DNA of 64,000 nucleotides. Origin: Bacillota bacterium (GTDB taxonomy: Bacteria; Bacillota; Bacilli; Bu12). Numbering within the stretch: the first letter of the stretch is position 1; each line of letters opens with the position of its first letter. This document shows, in pieces, positions 38,896 to 48,397 of the stretch. The notes beneath the pieces were generated by a model, which saw only the letters and a program-made list of their open reading frames with translations, was not told where the DNA came from and searched no databases. The position numbers and the translations under genes are program-made. The DNA lies in the NCBI GenBank assembly GCA_014896485.1, contig JADBKH010000008.1, positions 6,710 through 70,709 of the forward strand. The letters run 5' to 3'.

Positions 38896-39294
38896 TCAAC
38901 GGTCCGCTCCTGCCCACCAACGCACGATCATCATCCCCAGCCATACCAGCAAAAGACCGCCTGCATTGGTCACCAGAAGGTAGCCCACCGCCTGGGTCGG
39001 ATGCCGTCCATCTGCCAATCGGACAACTTCGCTGACAAAGGTAGAAAAGGTCGTAAATCCACCTAGGAAACCAGTCACCGCCCAGACCCTACCCGCGCCG
39101 CGAAAAGCAAGGCCCATCACTGAAAGCTCTACAAAAACGCCAATCAGAAATGCACCGAGCAGGTTGATCACCAGTGTCGGGATGGGAAAGAGCGTAGGCC
39201 AGCGACGTGCCATTTCGTTTGAGAGCATCCACCGTGCCAGCGATCCCAACGCCCCGCCAATTGCGACACCGAGGATCACAGCCAAGCGATCCAT
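38896..39294 (-). CDS. crcB: Fluoride efflux channel Fluc
   Basis: GGALGSLAR, TLVINLLG and GFLGGFTTFSTF motifs. Confidence 0.93.
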   Translation of the reverse strand: MDRLAVILGVAIGGALGSLARWMLSNEMARRWPTLFPIPTLVINLLGAFLIGVFVELSVMGLAFRGAGRVWAVTGFLGGFTTFSTFVSEVVRLADGRHPTQAVGYLLVTNAGGLLLVWLGMMIVRWWAGADR

Positions 39295-39315
39295 AGCCGT
39301 CTCCTTTAATTCGCT

Positions 39316-41052
39316 TTACGGTTGAGGTGGGCGCGTGACAGCCCCTTCGGCAGCGCTGGAAACCAGGGCTGCATATTTGGCCATCACGCCACGGGTATAA
39401 CGGGACGGTTTGGGTTGCCACGTCGCAAGACGTTGGGCCAAAACGGCCTCTTCAAGCTCTACGTCCAAACGGCGATTGGGGATATCGATGACCACCATAT
39501 CGCCGTCTTGAAGTGCAGCCAAAGGACCACCTTCGGCAGCTTCGGGGGCAACGTGGCCGATCATCAGGCCACGCGTTGCCCCTGAGAAGCGGCCGTCGGT
39601 CAACAGCGCGACACTTTCGCCCAGCCCGGCACCGACGATGGCAGCCGTTACGCCGAGCATCTCGCGCATTCCCGGACCGCCGCGAGGTCCCTCGTACCGG
39701 ATCACCACCACATCTCCTGGGGCAAGGCGTCCTTGCGTCACAGCAGCCATCGCTTCTTCTTCGGAGTCAAAGACCCGCGCCTGACCACGGTGGTACGGGC
39801 GCTCGTGGCCGGCTGTCTTGACCACTGCACCAAGAGGAGCCAAGTTGCCCTTGAGAATCGCCAACCCGCCTTCCTCGCGGAAGGGTTGCTCGATCGTGTG
39901 AATGACTTGCTGCCCCGGCGTTTCTTGTGCCGAGCTGACCTGCGCAGCCATCGTCTCTCCTGTGATGCTGCGCTGCCCACCGTCAATCAGCCCTGCTGCA
40001 AGCAGGTTCTTCGCCAAAAGGGCGGGACCTCCGGCCTTTGCCAAATCTACGGCTGTGTACTTTCCGCCGGGGCGCAAATCGGTCAGAATGGGCGTGCGCC
40101 GGCTGATCTCATCGAAATCATCGATGGTCAGGGAGACGTCGGCTTCCTTGGCCAAAGCCAGCAGATGAAGCACCGCATTGGTGGAGCCCCCTGAGGCTGC
40201 AACTGCGGCAATCGCGTTGAGGAAAGATTGCCGCGTTAAGATCTCTTTGGGAGTCAGCCCACTGTCGAGCACATCGAGTACCTGACGTCCTATTGCCTGG
40301 GCAATATCCCCTTTCCGAGGATCGACGGCCGCAATGGCCGCACTACCAAAGGGCGACAAACCCAGGAATTCGAGCGCCATCGCCATGGTATTCGCCGTGT
40401 ACTGCCCGCCACAGGCACCTGGTCCTGGACAAGCGACATTTTCGAGTGCGAGCAACTCTTCGTCGCTCATTTTGCCTGCAGCGTTGGCGCCGATCGCCTC
40501 AAAGACATCCTGAATCGTGACATCCCGTCCTTGAAAATGACCTGGCGCAATCGAACCGCCATAAAGGATGAGTCCGGGCACATTGAGTCGAACGAGTCCC
40601 ATTGCGCCTCCGGGCAAAGTCTTGTCACAACCCACCAGGACGACCAAGGCATCAAACAAGTAGCCCAGTCCCGCCAATTCGATCGAGTCAGCGATCACTT
40701 CGCGACTGACCAGGGAGGTCTTCATCCCTTCTGTGCCCATGGTCACGCCGTCTGAAATTGCGACCGTATTGAACTCCATCGGCGTTCCACCTGCCTGGCG
40801 GACACCTTCCTTGACACGCTGTGCCAAACCACGCAGATGGAAATTACACGGCATCGTCTCGATCCACGTGTTTGCAATGCCGATCAAAGGCTTCTTTAAA
40901 TCCTCATCTGTGTACCCGATCGCTTTCAACATGGCCCGTGCCGACGCACGGTCGCGACCATCGAGCAACACCTGACTGCGTGGACGAAGATGGCGCACTG
41001 TTTCTGTTGCAGCCACTACCTTTTCACTCCCCTCATCCCTTTGCCTAACCAT
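39316..41052 (-). CDS. ilvD: Dihydroxy-acid dehydratase
   Basis: PCNFH, SDG, GCDKT, CGGQYTANTM, GGSTN, GPGMREM, TDGRFSG and GHVAPEA motifs. Confidence 0.96.
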   Translation of the reverse strand: MVRQRDEGSEKVVAATETVRHLRPRSQVLLDGRDRASARAMLKAIGYTDEDLKKPLIGIANTWIETMPCNFHLRGLAQRVKEGVRQAGGTPMEFNTVAISDGVTMGTEGMKTSLVSREVIADSIELAGLGYLFDALVVLVGCDKTLPGGAMGLVRLNVPGLILYGGSIAPGHFQGRDVTIQDVFEAIGANAAGKMSDEELLALENVACPGPGACGGQYTANTMAMALEFLGLSPFGSAAIAAVDPRKGDIAQAIGRQVLDVLDSGLTPKEILTRQSFLNAIAAVAASGGSTNAVLHLLALAKEADVSLTIDDFDEISRRTPILTDLRPGGKYTAVDLAKAGGPALLAKNLLAAGLIDGGQRSITGETMAAQVSSAQETPGQQVIHTIEQPFREEGGLAILKGNLAPLGAVVKTAGHERPYHRGQARVFDSEEEAMAAVTQGRLAPGDVVVIRYEGPRGGPGMREMLGVTAAIVGAGLGESVALLTDGRFSGATRGLMIGHVAPEAAEGGPLAALQDGDMVVIDIPNRRLDVELEEAVLAQRLATWQPKPSRYTRGVMAKYAALVSSAAEGAVTRPPQP

Positions 41053-41131
41053 ACATCACCTGCCTGTCCCGTGCACGCAGCAACGCGTTCCCGGATGTGT
41101 CTGCCAAGGAAAAAAGGGACTCTTTTCCCAG

Positions 41132-41160
41132 GTATACGCATGTCCTGGTCGCGCATGCTA
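41132..41160 (+). promoter_or_regulatory. Sigma-G/sigma-F-like promoter
   Basis: GTATA-N17-CATGCTA directly upstream of a GGAGG RBS. Confidence 0.55.
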
Positions 41161-41177
41161 AATGCGGAGGTGAAAAC

Positions 41178-41516
41178 TTGCACCGTCATTTGCGTAGGGG
41201 CATTTTCGTTGCGGCACTCCTTGTCTGTAGCGGTATTGCTTCGTTGGCAACGGCCTGTGGTCCTGCACCACAACCAGCTCCGACGAACAAGCCTGCGCCC
41301 GCAGCACCGGCCCAACCACAACGCCAGACTGTCCCGCCAGCCATTCCCCAGCGTGCGCCAGCACCGACCCCCGTGCCAGGCACTAGGCCCGCCCCAGCGC
41401 CGTTGCCGCAAACCAATCCGTATGCGCCAGCGCCGGTTCCCGGTACGACACCCGCACCGGGCACGACTGCACCACCCCAAGGCGCCGTACAATCTGCACC
41501 TGGTACTATCCGATGA
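41178..41516 (+). CDS. Small proline-rich lipoprotein (112 aa)
   Basis: GGAGGTG RBS with TTG start; MHRHLRRGIF.. signal ending ATAC; the mature part consists of PAP/PQP/APGT repeats. Confidence 0.65.
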   Translation: MHRHLRRGIFVAALLVCSGIASLATACGPAPQPAPTNKPAPAAPAQPQRQTVPPAIPQRAPAPTPVPGTRPAPAPLPQTNPYAPAPVPGTTPAPGTTAPPQGAVQSAPGTIR

Positions 41517-41604
41517 GCAAACCGAAACGAGGACACCTGGAAAACGAGATGCACGCATGCTGCGTCATCTCGTCCTCGCCATTCGATTTGCTTCTCTGAA
41601 TCAT

Positions 41605-41910
41605 TCACGAAGAAATATCTTGGTGTTTCCATTGGTACCAATAATAGAGCCGCCCACAGACAGTGCAGACGCCGTGGCCAATCCGCAAGTGACGCGTCGC
41701 GTCGAGGACCTTCAAGTTCACCCAAGTCGGTGTTCCCTGGTCTTCATGGCGGCATAGAATGGAATCGAGGGGATCCGCCAACCAAGTTGCTTCGTCGATG
41801 GTCTCGTGTGAATAGTTTAACCGCGTATCGAGCAAATCCTGGACAAATGCGCGCGTATCTGCAGCCAAGTTTTTGCGAATCTCTTCGCTAGAAAGGGAAT
41901 CTTCGGCCAC
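41605..41910 (-). CDS. Hypothetical protein with C-x-H and CxxC (possible Zn ribbon)
   Basis: GGAGG RBS with GTG start; LCRH...GVCTVCGRLYY. Confidence 0.55.
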   Translation of the reverse strand: MAEDSLSSEEIRKNLAADTRAFVQDLLDTRLNYSHETIDEATWLADPLDSILCRHEDQGTPTWVNLKVLDATRHLRIGHGVCTVCGRLYYWYQWKHQDISS

Positions 41911-41951
41911 CTTCTCACCTCCGCTGCTCGTCATGGAATTCTGCTTTTATT

Positions 41952-42611
41952 TTACTCCCTTTCTCCTGCTGCAGACGAGCGGATTTCCTTGGCTTGCGCA
42001 CTCCGCACAAGGCGTACCTGTCGCCAGACCCACCAAATTGCAACCGCTGCTGCCGCAACGACCACGCCGATCACATAGGGCAATGCCGCACGAATCCAAA
42101 CGTCAAGTGTCTGCCAGTGATCCCCTAAAACCCTGCCACCCAGAGCCAGTGCAAGGTCCCAGAGAGCCGTTCCCAATGCCGTATAAGCGCAAAAACGCCC
42201 TACATTCATTCGCACCACGCCGGCTGGAATGGAGATATAGCCACGAATGCCAGGAATGAGCCGTACGATGAAGACCGCCCAGCTTCCCTTGCGATCAAAC
42301 CATGCTTGGGCTTTGGCCAGGTGTTTATCATCGAGTAGGACGTATTTGCCGTAGCGCTTGATGAGCGCATATCCTCCCGTGGCACTCAGCCAATAGAGTA
42401 AGAGCGCCCCGAGGACACTGCCGACAGTTGCAGCCAAGACCACTCCCCACAAGGTCAAGCGCCCCGTTGCAGCAAGGTAGCCGCCGAAAGGAAGAATGAC
42501 CTCGCTCGGTATCGGAATGCCAAACGACTCGATTATCATCAGCCCACCGACAGCCAAGTAGCCAAACTGTGCAATCCAGTCCACCAAACTCCCCAGTGGA
42601 CTCACTCCCAT
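41952..42611 (-). CDS. DedA family membrane protein
   Basis: ESFGIPIPSEVILPFGG and RLIPGIRGYISIPAG motifs. Confidence 0.92.
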   Translation of the reverse strand: MGVSPLGSLVDWIAQFGYLAVGGLMIIESFGIPIPSEVILPFGGYLAATGRLTLWGVVLAATVGSVLGALLLYWLSATGGYALIKRYGKYVLLDDKHLAKAQAWFDRKGSWAVFIVRLIPGIRGYISIPAGVVRMNVGRFCAYTALGTALWDLALALGGRVLGDHWQTLDVWIRAALPYVIGVVVAAAAVAIWWVWRQVRLVRSAQAKEIRSSAAGERE

Positions 42612-42725
42612 CCATTCGTCTCTCTTCTCTTGTATAGCTTACCGCACTTCCACCATGCGGCATAGCAACGCTTCGTTTACAATGAAGATGAGGATGCAAT
42701 TTCTGCAACGAAAGCGAGGCAAAGG

Positions 42726-43583
42726 TTGGACGTAGCTGTGGATGGTTTTGCCGACTTACATCTCCATTCCAACGCATCGGACGGCTCTGATCCACCCCAC
42801 CGTGTCGTCGAACGGGCCCACGCAGCCGGCCTACGTTGTATTGCGCTCACCGATCATGATACCGTTTTGGGCATTCAACCGTTTCTGGACGCCTGCCGAG
42901 CACACGAGATAGAAGCGATCGCCGGCGTAGAGCTTTCGACCCTCTCGCAGGGTCGCGAAATGCACCTGCTGGGCTATTTCGTCGACTGGACCCATCCCCT
43001 CTTTTTAGAGCGGTTGGCGGCTGTGCGACACGCCCGCCTCAACCGTGCCCAACAGATGGTGGAAAAGCTGCAAGCGCTGGGCGTACCCATCTCCTGGGAA
43101 CATGTGCAGGCGATCGCCTCCGAAGAAAATGTCGGTCGTCCGCACATCGCACGCGCCATGGTCGAGGTAGGAGTGATCCGCAAGCCTTCTGAAGCATTTA
43201 CGGATACCTACATTGGCAACAACGGTCGTGCGTTCGTTCCTCGACTACTCTTTTCCGAGGAAGAGGCACTGCGAACCATTCATGAGGCAGGCGGATTGGC
43301 GATCCTTGCACATCCGGGTCGTCTGGAGGAAAACGGAGAGCCTGTTGCCGACAGCCAGATCATCCACTTGCAGGAGCGTGGCCTGGATGGATTGGAAGTG
43401 TACAACACCCGCCACACACCACAAGCCGTCGCCCACTACCTTGCCTTGGCACAGCGGCAGGGATTGCTGATCACCGGCGGCTCTGATGATCACGGCACCC
43501 ACACTGACCTTCCCTTTCTCGGAAAGGCAAAACTCCCCTATCGGTACGTCATCACCTTACAAGCTGCCCATACGCAGAAGTAA
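42726..43583 (+). CDS. PHP-domain phosphoesterase (TrpH/YciV-like)
   Basis: DLHLHSNASDG, LTDHD, GVELS, HLLGY, RPHIA, AHP and GGSDDHG motifs. Confidence 0.92.
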   Translation: MDVAVDGFADLHLHSNASDGSDPPHRVVERAHAAGLRCIALTDHDTVLGIQPFLDACRAHEIEAIAGVELSTLSQGREMHLLGYFVDWTHPLFLERLAAVRHARLNRAQQMVEKLQALGVPISWEHVQAIASEENVGRPHIARAMVEVGVIRKPSEAFTDTYIGNNGRAFVPRLLFSEEEALRTIHEAGGLAILAHPGRLEENGEPVADSQIIHLQERGLDGLEVYNTRHTPQAVAHYLALAQRQGLLITGGSDDHGTHTDLPFLGKAKLPYRYVITLQAAHTQK

Positions 43584-43700
43584 CAGGTGCCTGGATCAGC
43601 ATTCGCATCCCCCACAGCCTCTTTCTGCAGTAAAATCGTTGGTGTTTGCCATCGGAGAAAAGCAGCCATGCTAGGGAAAGCGTAGCAGTCGAGGTGAACC

Positions 43701-44648
43701 GTGCAGCGGCCAAGACGTGCAGAGATCATGGGCCTGTCGATCCTTCTTGCAGGGATGGGGATCGTGGTTTACCTCGCTTTCACTTTCGGATCGGCGGGCT
43801 TTGCATTGCTCGCCACCGATCCGCACCTTGCCTGGACGTGGTTCTGGCAGGTGGCAGCCGTTCCCATCGCCTATGCCGAAGGCATCCTCGCTTGGCTGAC
43901 TGCTTTTGCCTTGGTGCTATGGGGCTATCTGCGCCTCATCCGGCGAGGTACCCGCCGCCGGCTGAGCCGCTCCTGTGGTACGTGGAAGTTGCCGCTTCCC
44001 ACGAGTGGAAACGCGGCTGCGCTGCTGGCCACCCTCTTGGAAACGTGGGCTGTTCCGCTGCGCCCAGCCCACGGCTGGCGAACCCTATTGCAGGTGCGCC
44101 TGCCCCTTTTGGTCGAGCGGCGTTACGAAGAGCCGGAAGTGTTGTATCTTACTGCACCTGAAGCGTTAATTGAAATCGCACAAAAAGCACTGCCTCAGAT
44201 AGAGGTTGTGCCCACTACAGCGCAGGTCCAGGCCACCAAAATCAGAGGCTGGTTGATCCCCCCTCCCCAAGAGGAGGTCAATCTCCTCACAAGCCTGCAG
44301 ACAGCCCTCCCAACTTTGTGCGGGGAAGGTTGGGTGCTTTTGCCGCGCCGTGTCCCGCGCAAGGGCGGACTTGAGACGACCTGGGCCTATACGTGGCGCC
44401 TGTATGCGATCTCGCAAGGCACTCGGCAAGATCGCGCCACACTGGCAGCACTGCGGGCTACCTTTGGTGAAGGGATCGTGTCGATACCGCAACGCCAGAT
44501 CACCCGGGCACCGCAATGGGGTCGTCGCGAGCGGCTTGCCGCCACGTTGACAACCTCCAGTCAAATCGCCCGTCGCTTGGCCAAAAACACCGCCCCGGCG
44601 CGGCCACCGCAGCGTCTCAAAAGCACGTCAGAGGGAGAAGGCCGATGA
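43701..44648 (+). CDS. Hypothetical membrane-anchored protein
   Basis: GAGGTG RBS with GTG start; two or three N-terminal hydrophobic segments; stop overlaps the PBP start (ATGA). Confidence 0.6.
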   Translation: MQRPRRAEIMGLSILLAGMGIVVYLAFTFGSAGFALLATDPHLAWTWFWQVAAVPIAYAEGILAWLTAFALVLWGYLRLIRRGTRRRLSRSCGTWKLPLPTSGNAAALLATLLETWAVPLRPAHGWRTLLQVRLPLLVERRYEEPEVLYLTAPEALIEIAQKALPQIEVVPTTAQVQATKIRGWLIPPPQEEVNLLTSLQTALPTLCGEGWVLLPRRVPRKGGLETTWAYTWRLYAISQGTRQDRATLAALRATFGEGIVSIPQRQITRAPQWGRRERLAATLTTSSQIARRLAKNTAPARPPQRLKSTSEGEGR

Positions 44649-46603
44649 ATCTCGACACACTGCGCCACCCCCGCCTGCTCCTCATTTTGGGCGTACTCTT
44701 CGCCATTGTTGCCGGCACGTTTGTCTCCCTCTTTGTCCCGATCACCGGGCTTTCTGCCCAGCAACTCAATGGCCCAACGCCGAGTATGGTCTACGATCGC
44801 AACGGCAATCCCATTGGTACCCTGCCTGGCCAGCCCCAGCGACGTGTGGTTGCCTTCGACGAGATTGCTCCAGTCATGCGCGAAGCGATTGTTGCCATTG
44901 AAGATCGCCATTTCTACGAAGAAGGTGCTGTCAACCCCATCGCCATCGTCCGTGCCTTGGTGACCAATCTACGCAGTGGCGAAACGGTACAGGGCGGATC
45001 GACGATCACCCAGCAGCTCGCCAAAAATGCCGTCGTCGGAACCGAGCCAACCCTTTGGCGCAAGCTCAGAGAAGCGTACTTTGCGGTCCACTTGGCGCAA
45101 GTCTACTCCAAAGATCAAATTTTGACCTTTTACCTGAATCAGATCTATTTTGGCGCTGGGGCCTACGGCATTGAAGAAGCGGCACAAACCTATTTTGGCG
45201 TATCCGCCAACAGACTGACCCTCCCCCAGGCAGCAACGCTCGCGGCACTTGTCAATGCGCCTTCTGCGCTTGATCCTCTGGTCAGCGACCCACAGTTGCG
45301 CCAGCGTCACCAAGCTGCTGCATTGCAACGGCGTGACCTGGTATTGGATGCCATGGTCCGCCAAGGCGATATCGACCCTACACAAGCTGCAGCTGCCAAA
45401 AGAACGTCCTTTGAAGAAATGGGGCTGCGCCCACCCGGCTCACAAGCCCAAAACGCCTCGTGGTTTTTGGATTACGTGCAAAATGAGTTGGCCCAGTTGC
45501 CACAAGGCCAAGTTGTGCGTCAGCTCGGCGGATTCCACATCGAGACAACCGAAAATGCTGCCCTACAGCGCTCGGTCGAGAGCGTCTTCTCCTCAGACGC
45601 CCAGTCATCCGTACTCGCTGCCCTGCAAGACGATCCGCAAACCGACGCATCGCTGGTGTTGCTCGATGCGAAAACTGGCGCAATACGGGCCATCTACGGT
45701 TCGTATCAAAGCGATCCGCGCACAGCTGGCTTTGTGCCGGCTTGGCAAGGGCAGATGGCTCCCGGCTCTGCGATCAAGCCACTCTCGGTCTACGCCGCGG
45801 CGATCGAATCTGGAGCATTCACCCCTACCTCCCGTGTCTATGCTCAGGACGGCTACGCGATTGAAGGCGCACCCATCCACAATTTCAACAACGAAAATCC
45901 CGGACGCTTTGTCTCCCTCACCGAAGCTGTCGCACAGTCGTACAATGTCTCCGCAGCCTGGGTCTTGCAGCAGGTCGGTCTTTCCCAAGGCGCCCATTAC
46001 GCGCGGGCATTCGGTTTGCCCATCACACGGGCCGACGCGACGAGCATCCATCGCTTGGCCCTCGGCGACTTGCAAAAGGGAGTCTCCCCGCTGCAGATGG
46101 CAGCCGCCTATACCGCTTTGGCCAACCAAGGCACGCGATCGCAACCCTATGCCATCACCCGTATCGTCGATGCACAGGGACATCTTCTCTACCAGGCCAA
46201 GCCTAAACAGCAACGAGTCATACGGTCTACTACAGCGTATGTGCTCACTTGGCTGCTACAACAGGTGGTCTCCACGGGAACAGCATCCCCGGCTGCCTCG
46301 GCAACCGGAGTAGGTGCGTGGTGGCCCGTTGCAGGCAAGACCGGCACCAGCAGCCCACCTGCCGCCATCGAAGCCGACAATCCACAAGCGGTCCGCGACC
46401 TTTGGTTTTGCGGATATACGCCCGAGTTGGTCGGTGTCGCCTGGATCGGCAAGCTCCAGCCTGCCAGCCTGCCTCCCCTTACCACCGGAAGCGCCGATCC
46501 TGCACAGTTGCTCCTGCAGGTCTTTGCCCAAGCCGGACGACCTGCTGCCGATTTTACCCGACCGGAAGGTATCCGCATCATCGATGGGATCCCCATGCCT
46601 TAA
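44645..46603 (+). CDS. Class A penicillin-binding protein (transglycosylase/transpeptidase)
   Basis: EDRHF, QGGSTITQQL, RKLRE and YLNQIYFG motifs; SAIK, SYN and KTG active-site motifs. Confidence 0.93.
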   Translation: MNLDTLRHPRLLLILGVLFAIVAGTFVSLFVPITGLSAQQLNGPTPSMVYDRNGNPIGTLPGQPQRRVVAFDEIAPVMREAIVAIEDRHFYEEGAVNPIAIVRALVTNLRSGETVQGGSTITQQLAKNAVVGTEPTLWRKLREAYFAVHLAQVYSKDQILTFYLNQIYFGAGAYGIEEAAQTYFGVSANRLTLPQAATLAALVNAPSALDPLVSDPQLRQRHQAAALQRRDLVLDAMVRQGDIDPTQAAAAKRTSFEEMGLRPPGSQAQNASWFLDYVQNELAQLPQGQVVRQLGGFHIETTENAALQRSVESVFSSDAQSSVLAALQDDPQTDASLVLLDAKTGAIRAIYGSYQSDPRTAGFVPAWQGQMAPGSAIKPLSVYAAAIESGAFTPTSRVYAQDGYAIEGAPIHNFNNENPGRFVSLTEAVAQSYNVSAAWVLQQVGLSQGAHYARAFGLPITRADATSIHRLALGDLQKGVSPLQMAAAYTALANQGTRSQPYAITRIVDAQGHLLYQAKPKQQRVIRSTTAYVLTWLLQQVVSTGTASPAASATGVGAWWPVAGKTGTSSPPAAIEADNPQAVRDLWFCGYTPELVGVAWIGKLQPASLPPLTTGSADPAQLLLQVFAQAGRPAADFTRPEGIRIIDGIPMP

Positions 46604-46685
46604 ACGGCTTGTTACTTCATCGACCTTCTTTTATAATGTGAATACATAGGCAAAATGGGATCACCTTGTTTGGAGGGCCGAAAAC

Positions 46686-47534
46686 ATGGGAAAACTTGAT
46701 GGAAAAGTGGCTATCGTCACAGGCGCAAGCCGTGGCATAGGAAAAGCGATCGCCGAGCGGTTCGCCCAGGAAGGGGCTCGGGTCATCTGTGCCGCACGGA
46801 CGTTGCATGAAGGGGATCATCCCCTGGAAGGTTCGCTGGAAAGCACCGTGGCCGGCATTCGCCAAAGCGGTGGTGTGGCAGAAGCAGTTACGTGTAACGT
46901 GGCGGAAGAAGAGGATTGCATCCGCTTGGTCGAAGAGACCCGACGGATCTTCGGACCTTGTGATATTCTCGTCAACAATGCGGCGTTGACGTACTTCATC
47001 CCGGTACGGGATTTTCCGACGAATAAGTGGAAACGTTCGGTCGATGTCAATTTTCACGCACCCTTTATTCTCAGTAAACTGGTCATTCCAGAGATGGCTG
47101 CTCGTCACGAGGGTGCGATCCTCAACATCTCTTCACCCGCTGCAATTGGTCCGGGACGCGGTCCCTATCGGAATGGCAATGCCCTGCACGGAGGCACCCT
47201 CTATGGTGCAGAAAAAGCTGCATTGGAACGATTTACACAAGGCTTGGCCGAAGAAGTCTATGCCGATGGCATCTCTGTCACTTGCCTTTCCCCCTCCCTG
47301 GTCGTCCCCACGCCGGGCACGGTCTTCCATCACTTGGTCCAGTCGATCGACGACCCGCAAGGTGAACCGGTGAGTATGATGGCAGACGCTTCCCTGCTTT
47401 TGGTGACCCAGCCGCTGGATACGATCACCGGTCGTGTCTGCTACAGCCAGCAAATCCTGCAGGAGTTCGGTTGGATTCCAAAGGGTCGCGGGGTCGGCGT
47501 CGATCTTCCGGGAAGCGGGTACAGCCAAATGTAG
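46686..47534 (+). CDS. SDR-family oxidoreductase
   Basis: TGASRGIG, LVNNA, NISS and YGAEK motifs. Confidence 0.9.
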   Translation: MGKLDGKVAIVTGASRGIGKAIAERFAQEGARVICAARTLHEGDHPLEGSLESTVAGIRQSGGVAEAVTCNVAEEEDCIRLVEETRRIFGPCDILVNNAALTYFIPVRDFPTNKWKRSVDVNFHAPFILSKLVIPEMAARHEGAILNISSPAAIGPGRGPYRNGNALHGGTLYGAEKAALERFTQGLAEEVYADGISVTCLSPSLVVPTPGTVFHHLVQSIDDPQGEPVSMMADASLLLVTQPLDTITGRVCYSQQILQEFGWIPKGRGVGVDLPGSGYSQM

Positions 47535-47553
47535 CCCACAAACGCAGGACAAT

Positions 47554-47596
47554 AAAGAGGAACCGCCTCAAATACTCGAGCGCGGTTCCTCTTTTT
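47554..47596. terminator. Terminator hairpin
   Basis: AAAGAGGAACCGC / GCGGTTCCTCTTT followed by a T run. Confidence 0.75.
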
Positions 47597-47611
47597 CTGA
47601 TCGGATACGAC

Positions 47612-47728
47612 TTAGAATGCGTCCCGCCCGGTCCCTTTGCTGCCCGGCTGTTCACGGGCACGCTCCGAAAGCCAGACCACTGCAGCGACAAAGAGCAACC
47701 CGACGACGACACCGATCGCAATCTCCAT
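47612..47728 (-). CDS. Small single-pass membrane protein (38 aa; not in the ORF track)
   Basis: GGGGTG RBS, MEIAIGVVVGLLFVAAVVWLSERAREQPGSKGTGRDAF*, and TATACT -10 upstream. Confidence 0.55.
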   Translation of the reverse strand: MEIAIGVVVGLLFVAAVVWLSERAREQPGSKGTGRDAF

Positions 47729-47798
47729 CGTTCACCCCGCTTGGGGGAAGTATACCGCAGGAGTGTCGTCACGACGAGTTTGTAGATGCAGGATGCGT

Positions 47799-48239
47799 TT
47801 AGCCAGCCACCTCAAAAAGGGCTGCCCAAGTCTTTGGACCGACGATACCATCCTGCACCAAACCGTGATCTCCCTGAAAGGCCAGTACAGCCTGTTGGGT
47901 ACGGGGGCCAAAGATGCCGTCGATGGGCCCCGGTCGGTAACCGAGGGACGTCAACATGCGTTGCAACCTTTCCACCCAAACCCCACGGCTGCCGATCGAA
48001 AGTGTTGGGGGTGTCGGTGGCGCCGGGCTGGTGGGAATACAGATCACTTCCCCCGGATAGATGACATTGGGATCGGCGATCTGTGGGTTGGCGGCAATCA
48101 GTCGATTGAGCGAGATGCCATACCTTTTGGCGATGGCGTAGAGTGTATCGCCGGGTTGAATCACATAGCGTATGCCGTTACAAGGATGGCGGTATCCACT
48201 CGTTTGATCCTTTTCCTGTGCATCGTTCTCATCCGCCAT
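47799..48239 (-). CDS. LysM plus peptidoglycan-binding domain protein (SafA-like LysM)
   Basis: YVIQPGDTLYAIA..ANPQIADPNVIYPG and GSRG..LQRML..DGIFGPRT..FQ..DGIVGPKTW motifs. Confidence 0.88.
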   Translation of the reverse strand: MADENDAQEKDQTSGYRHPCNGIRYVIQPGDTLYAIAKRYGISLNRLIAANPQIADPNVIYPGEVICIPTSPAPPTPPTLSIGSRGVWVERLQRMLTSLGYRPGPIDGIFGPRTQQAVLAFQGDHGLVQDGIVGPKTWAALFEVAG

Positions 48240-48397
48240 CTGCACGCTCCCCCTTCTGCCGACAGAGTAGGTCTACTTCGGCCATGCATACGGCTTCCAC
48301 TTTCCCAGCCTATGAACGCGACTGTCTCGATGCCCCGGGCATCCGTCTCGGGTATGCGATACAATATCTTTTCGTCACAGAAGGAGGGAGAGCGCAG

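Noticed and set aside
37826-38983. Long alternative ORFs (e.g. 37826-38983 +, 10358-11869 -, 19771-20718 +, 59662-60606 +, 508-1485 +, 22341-23675 +)
   Set aside because: Antisense or out-of-frame shadows of well-supported genes in GC-rich DNA, with no motifs or RBS.
41250-41516. Short nucleotide repeats (GCACCG/CCAGCG) as a possible array
   Set aside because: Explained by Pro/Ala codons of the proline-rich lipoprotein; there is no repeat-spacer structure.
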